Source: Paragordius varius
Taxonomy: Eukaryota; Animalia; Nematomorpha
Length of the DNA: 64,000 bases
Direction: 5' to 3'
Assembly: GCA_964247055.1 (NCBI GenBank)
Contig: OZ176050.1
Coordinates: 8,308,001-8,372,000, forward strand
The translations under genes were made by a program, and so were the position numbers. How positions within the stretch are numbered: position 1 is the first letter of the stretch; every line of letters begins with the position of its first letter. Shown here piece by piece: positions 39,052 through 50,759 of the stretch. The notes below the pieces were generated by a model. The model saw only the letters and a program-made list of their open reading frames with translations, was not told where the DNA came from and did not search any database.

Positions 39052-40958
39052 GCTGATTCAAGACATATTTGAAATTGCACAAAAATAGTCAGAATGGCCA
39101 AATAGTTTACCATTCCATTGCTTTTTATATGATATATAAGCATAGGGGATTATTTATTCTAGAGGGAACTTGGAGAATAAGCATAATTAGAGTTAAAGTG
39201 GCCCATAAACTACCAGAGAAAAATATGTAAACTTTGATTAGGTTTTGATAAACTTATTATGTTAAATTACTCTATATATTTGCAATCGCTCCATGCAAAA
39301 TTCATAAAATCATTAGGTTCAAATATATCATAAAATATATATAATCTGATGGAAAATATACTTATAAATTTTCATGTGGATTCTGTCTTTGGGTCATACG
39401 TTTCAAAATTTTTGATAATTTTTTTTAACGAACACAAAATTAGCGTCCATTAGCTAGATTAATTTTTATTTATGTATGCTTACATTCCAAAAAAATATTA
39501 GTTTATATTATAAATTTGTAGTTTTTTACTCTAAATGGGCCAGTTTTTTTAAAATACACGAACAATCAGGCCTAATAAGAATCATAAAAATATGGTAGAG
39601 CAATGGTACTAATTGAAAAAAATGGGCCAAAACCAACTATCTATCTTGTTTCCCGGGCCGTGCCCCATCTAAAACAGTCGGCTCAAACCGCGTCCCTAAA
39701 AATGCATTTTCATGACCGTAAGTTACCTAATAAAATTTTTAATGCATATATTTGGATTATAAATGTCTACGAATTCATCAACAACTACCCAATATTTTAT
39801 TTTATAATATGGTAAACTGCCCTTGTAAAATCTTATATTTTTATATGAACAGGGAAAAAATAACAGCTGATACTAAAATTAACTAAATCAAATCAGGTAA
39901 AAATTAATATGAGATCTTTTCAAAGATAATTATTTATTTGAACATACATTTATTGCCTGTATTATTACCGATTTCAAAAAGTTTAAAAAAAATGACAAAG
40001 AAGTTGAGATCAATATTTTTTACAATTTTATAGATCTTATGTAAAAGTTTTTAAATAAGGCTAAACAAAGCATGATTTTGAAATAGGCCTAATAAATTAC
40101 TTTTTAAGATATTAAAATTTCAAGTATCTTCAATACCTATTTTCTATCTCAAATCTTTGATTCAAATTAGGAAACTAGGGATCCCTGAATATATCTAAGA
40201 CTTCCATACCTTTCCATTTTTTGTCGTATAGCTTTGTAGGTTGTTATATATTTCAGGGCTCAATTTTGTAATAAACAATTTTGAAAGTTATTAATAGTTA
40301 AAATTATGGCTCATGTTGTTTACAGTTTTGTGACTTCTAAAGGCTAAAACTGTGATAGCTTCAATGCATGGTTGAAGCGAACGATTGATATTAAAATAAA
40401 AATTATCAAGATTTTTCTGGTAAAATATAGTTAAAAAGCTTCTCAAGGTTAATTATTACGATTTCTAACCAATGCATTTATTTGCCTGTTGCAATAGCGA
40501 TTTAAATTTTAAGCAAATGGAGGCTGAGACGAGTTTTAGAATTTTACATTTTTTAAAAAAAAATATTTTTGTATAATGCCCCTAAAGACAAAAGAAAGCA
40601 TTTTTTTAAATTTGGCTTATTTTAAATACTTTCTAAAATATAAAAATTTCAAATCCCCTATGATATAAAACTACCCCAAAAGGTAATGGGTTAAATTATT
40701 TTTAAAGCAAACTACTGATGGAATCAGTTCCATTTTAAATTTATGCTTCTATATAAATATTATCTAAAGAAGCGCCAAAATATCTAAAATAATTTAGTTT
40801 TAAAAAAGTTCATATCAAACTGCTTCGACGCCATTTTTATTTTCCAACATTTTTGCAAAATTTCGTGTTTATTTGCTTCTAGCGCTTAAATTAAAGTTAA
40901 TTTTTTAAATACATTTAACATTAAAAAAACTGTTTATTCTTCATCACTTATATATTAA

Positions 40959-42489
40959 CTATCCATCACCTTTTGGGGCAGTTTTATACCTCAGAGCGAT
41001 TTGATATTTGTAATCTTAAAAAGTATTTTATGTATTAAGTCTGAATTAAAAATACGTTTTCTTTAGCATTTTAAGTGCGTTATACAAAAAAATGTTAAAA
41101 TAAAATTGTAAAACTCATTTCAAACTTTGCCGCCATTTTTTATATATTTCTTTTCAAATCGCTAATGCAACAGGCAAATAAATAAATATTATGGTTAGAA
41201 TATGTAATTTATCTTTAAAAGCCGGATATAATTCACCAACGAAAACTTATTTTGATTTTAATATCAGCTGTTTGTTTCAATCGTCTCAAGCTGTCTCAAT
41301 AACCTCTAAAAGACACAAAACTTTAAAAAAATATAAGTTTTTTTATCTAATACATGAGAAAAGTGTTTGATAAATCTAGTCCACAAATTCGGACATTATT
41401 GAGAACCATCACTCAATATTTTAATTTATAACTGATTTCAGTGTTCTAAAACGATCTGAAAAAATTTTGATCCCCCCAATCAGAATTTTGAGATATTACA
41501 GGTTTTTCAATTTTTCAAAAACAAGAGAAAATATAAGTTATTATATTATAAAACTAATATCATTTAATACTTTTCAAACTCTATCTTTTGAATATAAAAT
41601 GTCGTTTAAAATAGAGATAAAAAAATAGTACGGGGCTTTAATCACCTCATTATTGTATACCTTTGCCATATCTGGCATGAGGGTTGCATGGGGGATTTTT
41701 GCAGGGTTGTGCAAGCCGACGACATATTATACCACACACACTATATATTAGCCCTTACGATTTTTGATATCTTTGATTTACAATACTCTTTGGCTCTTAG
41801 CAATATATTTTAATTCTATATTCTTACAGTTTTGTATCCTCTTTTATTTAATACATAGAATTAATTAACTTATTCAATAAATTGATATATTGTGTATTGT
41901 CTATTTCTTTGTCGAATAAAGCCCGCTCGGTAAGACGTAATTCTCGTGCAGAAGAAATAACAAACTTTCAGCAGCGATTTCGGGCAGTTTATATTTTAAT
42001 ATAAAGATTGACCACATATTTATAAAGTTCTTTTATATGGATCATCAATAACATTTTTTCTGTAGAATTTTAGTTAATAAAAAAATCTCTGTGGTATCAT
42101 ATACTGAGGCTGGTATATTTAAATCATTTTTGCATGTTCGTTCTAAAAATAAAAAACCTGGCGTTGGAATACCACTTGTGGCTTGCTCGTTTAAATATTT
42201 AAATATATCTACACGAGGAACAATTGTTTGTAATTAAATACAAAATTTAAAATTAAATTTTAAAAAAATCCTATTGGCGGCCTCAAATCTTTTTGTTTTG
42301 GCCTTTTCATGCCATTAGGTAACTGAAAATGCAAAAAATGGGCTGGTGCAAAACCTTGTTGAGCAGTGTAATTAAATTTTAACAAAAATAATTTCTAAAA
42401 ATGTATTTAATTTACGAGATTGAGTTCTGGGATATGAAACTCACCCCAAAAGGTAAACTAGGGCAAAAGAGTGAAAAGCTAATGAAGTG
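40959..42489. mobile_element. TTAA-flanked piggyBac-like element, family A, 1.5-kb version
   Basis: ttaa|ctatccatcaccttttgggg ... ccccaaaaggt...atgaagtg|ttaa. First ~400 bp shared with 49380-49791; internal 41650-42330 is repeated inverted at 56770-57320. Confidence 0.65.
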
Positions 42490-42689
42490 TTAAGCTAATG
42501 TATTGACTAAATTTCTACCTTAAGTTTTCTTAAAATAAATATTATTAGGTTTTTTTGAATATATCTTTTTTATAATTCGGTACATCAATGTTATGTATGT
42601 GGAAATTTTTGCAATGATTCATTCAATTTATATTTTTCATTTTTTGAAATATTTGTTTTAAAAGACGAGTCCCTATAAACAATCGGACT

Positions 42690-43320
42690 TCAATGAATGT
42701 GTTTTATCCAAATGTTTATATCACAGCCTCCACAAATAAAATAATCTGAAATAAATATGATAAGATGTGTAAGAATTATCATGGTGCTTTTAGTTTTAAC
42801 CCTCACGAGTGATTTAAGAAAGTTATTTACACTTATGTAGTAAGTGACCCACATCATGAAAAGGAAAAATTTGTGCAATTTTTTAAATATAAAATTTTTG
42901 TGAAATCTAGTGGTATTATCCCAAAAACTATCGCTAAAATATATTATAGTTTTTATATAAAAAGCAAAACAATATTTTCAAAAAAAATAATTTTTAGATG
43001 TGGGCTCTGAAAGTTCTACATATTTTTTTCTTCTAAAATGGGCTAGTCTTCTTAAAACAAAATTTAGCATATATAATTTTATCGCACGATTGTTGCATTT
43101 TTGATTTTTATTTAAAGGACTAACTCATTCTAGCTTCCATAAAAGTTTTATTTCAATAAATAAGCGTACATTTTGCCATTTTCTGATATGGAGGATATAT
43201 TACTAAAGTGTAAATAACTTTCTTAAATCATTCGTAAGGGCAAAAAATTAAAGCACCATGATTTTCCTAATACATTTTCCTTTCAGAATACATATATTTC
43301 AATAGGTTTTTTTGGACCCC
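42690..43320. repeat. Foldback element (family shared with 43860-45010 and 49830-50570)
   Basis: Left arm atcatggtgctttt...aagaaagttatttacact (42778-42835) is inverted at 43207-43262. Confidence 0.6.
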
Positions 43321-43859
43321 AAATTTGGACGCAGTGTATTAATAAGCAATGAGTATTAAGGTTTGAGGTAAAAACCAGAGAAAAGGCTTCTTTTCCCACA
43401 TTAAAAAATTTAATATTTTATCGATAAAGCTTTTTTGCATTTTTGCATACAATTGAAAATGATTACTTATAAATTAAATCAAAATCGGCATTTATCCAAA
43501 ATATGCATGGATATTACGAATCAATCACAATTATATTTATATAATCGTATTTGAAAATGTTTTAACCATGTTAAAAGCCTAAAGAAATATCTTTTATCAA
43601 TATTATATAAAATTTTTAATTTTTAAACACATTTTCTAAAACAATGTTTATACAGTTGTGGGCAAGTCTTGACTTCATAAAACCACATATAAAAATTATT
43701 TTACCTTTCAAGAGGTTTTATACCCTACAAATACAAAATACTTGGTTATAACATTGATGTTTTTAAAATTCCGGGTTCAATATTAACCATAGAAGGTGTG
43801 CACATAAAAATAAATTTTTTATTTGCATAAATGATGTGATAGTAAAACTCAACAAAACT

Positions 43860-45010
43860 ATGTCAAATCGGGGGGTATAGAAAATAATCTGATGATATAA
43901 ATATATTCTGATACGAAAATGTATCAAGATTATCATGGTGGTTTTGGCCCGAGTAATATAAGAAAGTTATTTAGACTTTTGTGGTAAGTGCTCCATATCA
44001 TAAATGGAAAAATTTGCGCAAATTTTTTTAAATAAATTTTTTTAATGTTTCATTCCAAAAAATATAAATTAAATCATAAATTATCTATAAAAAGAACAGT
44101 ATTTTTAAAATATTTTAATTTTAGATGATGGCTCCCAAAGTCCCAAATTTTTCCGCTCTTCTAAGATGACTAGTTATTTAAAAATAAACGCAAAAATGCC
44201 GGTATTGCGCGATAAAAAATTATAACATGCTAAATTTTGACATGAAAATTTTTTTTAAATGCATATTTATAATATAATTAATTTTTATAAAATTGTTGAA
44301 GCGTACTTCATAATATTTTTAGGCATGATAGAAACAGTATATAAACACTTTCTTCAGAATTATCATTTAAAGGTTCATCTTTCAAATTTTGGTGAATCAT
44401 ATACAAAACACAATTTATATTTGTTATAAATCTAAGCAGGAACGAATATTTTAATCAAAATTCTGAGGTGATAGAAATGTTTAGCATCATTAAATTATAT
44501 TATAAAGGTGTTTATATAATATCTTAAAGCGTTTTTATACCGTTTCCATCATGTCTAAAAATAGAATGAAGTACACATTTTGCTAAAATTAAATTGTAAA
44601 ATGAATTTTTTTAAAAGTCTCTTTTTAATGTCAAAATTTATATTTAATAATCGCTCAATCCCGGCATTTTTGCGCTTATTTAAGAGCAAAGCATATTTTG
44701 AAGAGCGAATAAATTTGGGACTTTAGGATCCCACATCTAAAAATTATAATATTTCAACAATTATTTTTTGCTTTATGGTTGTTTATGATATATTTTAGTG
44801 ACATATTTGGAATAAAACATTTAGCATTCGCGATAAAATTTTATTAAAAAATATGTGCGCAATGTTTGCCATTTTCTGGTATGGAGTTACCACAAAAGTG
44901 TATATAATTTTCTTATATCACTCTAAGAGCCAAAACCAAAATAATTATCCTGATATATTCTATGATAATATATTACATCAGCTTATTTTTTTGTTGACAC
45001 TGTGTAATTA
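43860..45010. repeat. ~1.1-kb degenerate palindrome (foldback element) centred near 44430
   Basis: Arms match throughout: 43925-44020 vs 44860-44950, 44120-44250 vs 44630-44740, and 44300-44350 vs 44505-44575. Confidence 0.7.
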
Positions 45011-45717
45011 GTGAAAAATGCGCTTTAAATATTACAAAAATAATTTAATTTGTCCGCTATTAGCCAAAATCAGAAAATCGTATTTTTATTGTGCACTAGG
45101 TCGAATATTAAATACAATTCAGTTAAACGCTTCAACAAAATTTTATATATTAATATTTATTTTAAAGGCAATTTTAAACGAAAAATACTAATTAAGATTC
45201 TGAATTTCAGTGTTGACAGAATAATAATGATAAAAGAAAAAAAACCGTACTTTGGTTTCGAATTCCAATCAAAAACTTTGCGCTTATGCGGTAAAAATTT
45301 TAACTTAATTAACTATCATAGATAATAGTTTACCAAATATTTCGCGTTATGATTTTTTATATTTAATATATTGCGCTAAAACCGTAAATTTTAAGAAACG
45401 TTCAAAAGACATATAATTTCCAAAGAAAAGTTAAAGCTATTTCTCTATTTTAAATGTTTTAGAGATATTTATACTTCCCATTTTGCCCAATGTTAAAATA
45501 AATAATCTTTTATTAACTATTTAGGCTATAGTCTAAATTTATGTTAAATAGGAAACTAATAATATATAATTGATTCATTTTTTTGTATATAACACTTGTT
45601 TTTAGTTCATGATTGAGTAAAACAACAATCAATATTTAACTTTTTTACACGAAATGTTTATTAATAAATAATTGATAATGTGCTATATCATTGATTGAGT
45701 GATTAGTGTGGTTGTAC

Positions 45718-48220
45718 ATGGCTTTAGACACGTCAACGGCCCGGTTATCTCGCATAGAAAAATATGTTTCATCGCTCTGGGCCGAAGGAAATGCCAAATT
45801 TCCTGATATCAAAGTTAAGGTTGGTGATAATACGTTTCCAGCTCATAGAATAATACTCATATGTCACAGGTAAAAAATGTTCTATACATATTTACAGGCA
45901 AATATGAAAATATTCTTGGTTTTTTTTCATAATCTTAACTTAAAAAATAATACTAAAATTTTTTTATCTAAACATATTTAATTTATATTAGTGACTATTT
46001 TTGTGACAAAATCCTGAACGAGCCATCCATTACAGAAATAACGATCCCATCCGAATTTAACATAACAGCTGATGCATTTAAAAGTACCTTGGAATTCATG
46101 TACAAATCGGAGCTGAATTTAACTCCACAAAATTTAGATGCACTGATGAATGTTTCGAAAAAATTAGGGATGTTTCACATTACTAGATTGTGTGAAACAT
46201 TAGCGGTTCCACCTCCAGAAAAACCAGCTGAGAAGGTTTTAACTCCTAAAGATCAGCCTGGTATTTTTTATAAATAGCTATGTTTTTAACGAAAACCATT
46301 TTAATAGTTAAAACTCTGCAATACAGCTTATTTTATTAAAACGTTACTTAATATAAGCTTAAATGTCGTTAATGTCCAGATAACGCATTTACTGTTATTT
46401 CATTTTGTATTATTATAATGTAACATGCAAAAAATGTGGCTATTAAAAAGGTAATAATCGAAGTGGATATTCATACATTACCAATTATTTTAAGGTTATA
46501 ACAACGTTGTAAAATTGAAATAGTTTTTTATAAAAATGGCTATATATAAGAATAGGAAAACCTAAATTAATTTTGTATAAGATAATAAATTTAAAAAATT
46601 ATAAAAATATCAAAGATAAACAAAGTAATAAGATTATTATTCAACAATTTAAGTTAAAAATTAAATTTTCTTGTAAAAAAATGCTTGTTTATAACAAATA
46701 TTTATCATTCAATGCTCTAAGTTTGAAAAAAAATTGTTCATTTACTTTTACTAAATAATTAGATATTAAAATGCAACAAGTGCCTTGGGGAGATATTTAC
46801 AGTGCAAGCGATATGAATTGGCAACCGACTATGAGAACATCTGCCGTGGGTCATTACATGAAATATTTGTGGTATAAACGGTTAGATGATACAGCAGATT
46901 TTGTATTAACTATGGGACCATATAATTACAAAGTCCATAAATTCGTACTTAGTTGTCACAGTTCGTATTATGCCGACCTGTTTCGGAAACAACCCTTCTT
47001 AAATGCCTCAAGTTTACCCAATTTTTTGGTCACGGATGACAGCACTTTCCAGGAGTTTCTTAAAATTTTGTATACTCAAGACATTCCTACTACGATTGAT
47101 GGGCGAACGTTTAATACGATCCGTAATTTGGCACAAGCTTTACAAATGTCACACATTGCAAACGCCTTAAATCAAAAATATGGCGGTGAGATGCTTAACA
47201 CACAATGTATGATGGGAACGGGTGGAATAAACGCTGCACAACAAAATGCAGTACCATTTCAGCAATCAAATATGTTTCCTCTCATAAACAATAATAACAA
47301 TGTACCAAATTATAACATAATTGGCAATAATAACGCCGCCGGTGCCGCCCCATTTTCCCAACCTACCATGAATATGATAAGCCCAGGAGGTTTTAAAACA
47401 TATAACGGTGGACAACAAAATATGGCATACCAACAGCCAACCAACGCAATGAACGGAGATGAAAATGCATTTCTTCAACTGTTATCGTCAGACACGGTCC
47501 CGTACGCCAGTGAATGGGAGTTGGCCCAAAGCGCCATATCTTGGCTAAGGAACCAACAGAACCCCGAAACGTTAGTCTGGAAAGTTCTCTCGTGTATCCG
47601 TTATAATTTGCTTACAAAAGGCGAAATACAAAATCTTGTGAGGATAACTAAAGATTGGTTTACCAAAATAGCAGAATATAGGGATCTAATCTACACCGCT
47701 GATTGGTAATATTAACATATACACAATTTAGCTTTGTGTCAAAATACATACGATCCCTATCTTAATAAATTTGATACAATACTTATATTGTATATTTCTA
47801 CTTTTATACAAATAAAGTGTTAAAGTCATATCACAAACTATATAAGTAACGAATTTTTTAATTATGATTAGATAAAATTTTAATTTACTCTGTATAAGAT
47901 TCAATGAATATACTATATAACGATTTCAGATTGTTAGATAAAACTATTTATAAAAACCATTGGATATTTTACATTATGGATATTCACTATACCTTTTTAT
48001 TCTCTACTAAGTATTAAATTTGACTGAATTAAAATAAAAAATCGTAAAACAATTTATTTGTAAATTCATGATAAATTATATTTGAATATAATGATAAATG
48101 GTATATTATTTTGTTTATAGGTTGTTATCCTGTCAAAGATTTAACCTTGAACCATTGTTTGTAGGGAATCCAAGATCGCGATTTTATTCAAAACAAGCGC
48201 AACCATATATAGCATATTAA
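45718..48220 (+). CDS. Protein with two tandem BTB/POZ domains, a Q/N/G-rich linker and a partial BACK domain; exons 45718-45869, 45992-46260, 46763-47705, 48121-48220
   Basis: BTB1: DIKVKVGDNTFPAHRIILICHS|DYF...LEFMY. BTB2: DFVLTMGPYNYKVHKFVLSCHSSYY...LKILY. BACK-like: FLQLLSSD...SEWELAQSAISWL...VLSCIRY, ending ...GNPRSR. Three GT-AG phase-compatible introns (122, 502, 415 nt). Confidence 0.85.
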
Positions 48221-48244
48221 ATATTGTATTAAAATGATTTAGTA

Positions 48245-48689
48245 TTATGATTTTATATTACCATGCATTCGATTAAAGCTTAGTTTATATAATAAATATA
48301 CTGATAAATCCTGTATAATTGATATATACCGGTTGCACCGACAAATAAATTAACGCTCATGAGATAATAATTTTTCGGTATAATTACAACTGAATATCTC
48401 GCCCAAATTAAACCTATATCAGAAAAAAATATTACCTGTAGCTGCGAGAGCACCGGATTGAAAAAGACTCAATTTCTCTGCAGGTCTGGTTATATCACCG
48501 ATTCCTGCTATAACAAGCGCCTAAAATATATGAATTCAAAACCCATTTAAAGGTGGGTGCCCAAAAGAAAATTGTTTTCGGGCCTAAATATATAAGATTA
48601 TAACAACCTGCTGGATGATCCCATGTCGTTTTAAATGTATTTACAATCGGATCAACACTTTTGACTAAAAAACGATACAGGCCAGTCAT
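48245..48689 (-). CDS. MPC2: Mitochondrial pyruvate carrier 2; exons 48689-48608, 48583-48543, 48520-48436, 48413-48302, 48278-48245
   Basis: After removing four GT-AG introns (24, 22, 22, 23 nt): MTGLYRF...WDHPAGPKTIFFWAPTFKWALVIAGIGDITRPAEKLSLFQSGALAATGLIWARYSVVIIPKNYYLMSVNLFVGATGIYQLYRIYHFNRMHGNIKS*, colinear with recalled MPC2. Confidence 0.96.
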
Positions 48690-49379
48690 ACGAATTGCAT
48701 CTGCCGCATGAAATATGTGCCAAAACAGATTTCGCAAAAAAAATATAAATCAATTTTTGGGTATAAATTCAGTAATATTATATAAAATATATTATATATA
48801 AATAATATCGAATTTGATTTTTTATCCTAATGCCTTGTAAATGGTAAATTATTTATATAACAAACTAATAAAAAATAAATAGCCTTTGCATTTCATTTTT
48901 AAATATTTAACTTGATATAATATATGTGAAAGTAAATACATGGCTATTTAATAGAATTTTTAATTAATGTCTGCAAAAACATAGAGTAAAAGAAAAAAGT
49001 GGATTTTCGAATTGATTCACAGCTAAGAAGTGTACTCAGTTATCAACCCTCGGTGACCTTTTCACTCGAAAAAAAATCAACATCTGGTAACAGAAAAGTA
49101 CTTATTGGCTTTCAAAACACCCCCGGGCGCGCAGGTAGAAATTATTTTATATATTACAATATCAATTTTTAATAGGCTATATCTTGCATTCTGAATGCAT
49201 TTCAATAAATAGCATCTATTCAATCTTGCGATTATGTATTATTTTATGGAATATTATCCACATTATTTGAAAATAACCTCGTATTAGAATGCCAAGCTAA
49301 ATTGGAATCGGAACCCGAACTATTTTGTCCGCGTTTTTAATGAATAAGTAATACATATCGAGAGTCAAATATACCTTAA

Positions 49380-49791
49380 CAGTCCATCACCTTTTGCGGT
49401 AATTTTATACGGTTTAAATTCAAATATCTTAAAAGTATTTAGGCTAGTAAGTCAATTTTAAAACGCATTATGCAAAAATATTTTTAAAAATATAAAATTG
49501 TAAAAAAACCCTCATATTAAACATGCCATTTTGTTTTATAAATTCTTTAAATCGCTAATCCAACAGCAAAAAAAATTATATTATAGTTATTATAAATTAT
49601 TGATTTAAAAAGCTTCAGTGACATTTTAAGACTAAACTTTATATATTTTGATATCAGGTGTTTCAATCGTGTTTTGAAGCTGTCCCAATTTTACTCTAGA
49701 AGTCGCACGAAAAAATATGAGCCTTTTTATCTAAACATGAGAACAATATTTGTTGGATAAATTAAATTTTAACCGAAAAGGTCATGAAGTG
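49380..49791. mobile_element. 412-bp piggyBac-like MITE, family A
   Basis: TTAA at 49376-49379 and 49792-49795; TIR CAGTCCATCACCTTTT vs CACTTCATGACCTTTT (13/16 identical). Confidence 0.75.
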
Positions 49792-49829
49792 TTAAATTGG
49801 AACTGAGATCCTTGTGCATAATTGTGTCT

Positions 49830-50570
49830 AAAATCGGCTGGCATAAAAATATCTTGATAAAATATACATATTTTGATAAGAAATCATATTTTCATCGTGC
49901 TTTTGGTTTTAACCTTTATCATTTTAGAAAGTTATTTTCATTTTGTGGAAACTGCTTCCTTTCAGAAAATGGCAAAATTTGTATATGCCGAATATTTCTT
50001 ACGCCACAGATTTTTATTAAATAATTCGTTTGTCTCCAAATATATGTTAAGTTTAACTGTGTTTTTTTACAAAATTAACTCAATTATAAAACATTAAAGC
50101 AACGAAATATTCAATTTTTGATTAAAAAGTGTTTTTATGATATCTACAAGTATTTTCTATTCTTTACACCATACTCAGAAATACCATAAAATAGGGTTCA
50201 TTAAATTTGGAAAATATTTTTGAATTATGCATTTTTTCAAAAAAAAGTTTTAATCTAAAAATCTGTCCAATAATAAATTGATCGCAAAATCTCGACTTTT
50301 TGCGTTATTTTAAAAAAACTAGCTTATTTCAGAGGCGGTAAGAATTGAAAAATATTGTTTGCTTTTTTAATATAATATATATATTAATAAAATTTTCGGA
50401 ATAATTAATTTTCAACAAAAAATGTTAATTAGTATAATGTAAGCAATTTGGCAATTTTTTGATATAGGGCACCTACCACAAAGGTGTAAATTTTTTATAT
50501 CAGTCATACGGCCCAAAAGTACTATGAGAATCCTGATACTCTCTATCAGAATATATTTATATATATAAAT
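49830..50570. repeat. Foldback element, same family as 42690-43320 and 43860-45010
   Basis: Left arm catcgtgcttttggtt...tagaaagttatttt...gaaaatggcaaaatt; right arm aatttggcaatttt...ccacaaaggtgtaaatttt...aaaagtactatga. Confidence 0.5.
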
Positions 50571-50759
50571 TATATATTAGGATTTATTTTTAAGCGACCC
50601 GATTTTATGCACAATGTATTTATAAACATTGTTATTAAATTTTAAAATTGAATAAATTATATGTAAATGGTTACATTTGCAAAGATAGTATGATGTGAAA
50701 TTTTGTGAAATTCTTCATATACTTTTTTGTATTTATCATACGGTTAACTTCACATTAAA

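Noticed and set aside
40130-40260. Possible LINE RT remnant (KVWKS*IYSGIPSFLI) on the minus strand
   Set aside because: Too short and degenerate to support.
46261-46277. Apparent 17-nt intron in the BTB gene
   Set aside because: Downstream sequence is non-coding; the 502-nt intron to 46762 restores the frame into the second BTB exon.
48960-49300. Exon-like plus-strand patch divergent from MPC2
   Set aside because: Could not build a start-to-stop model or recognise a family; it is followed directly by a MITE.
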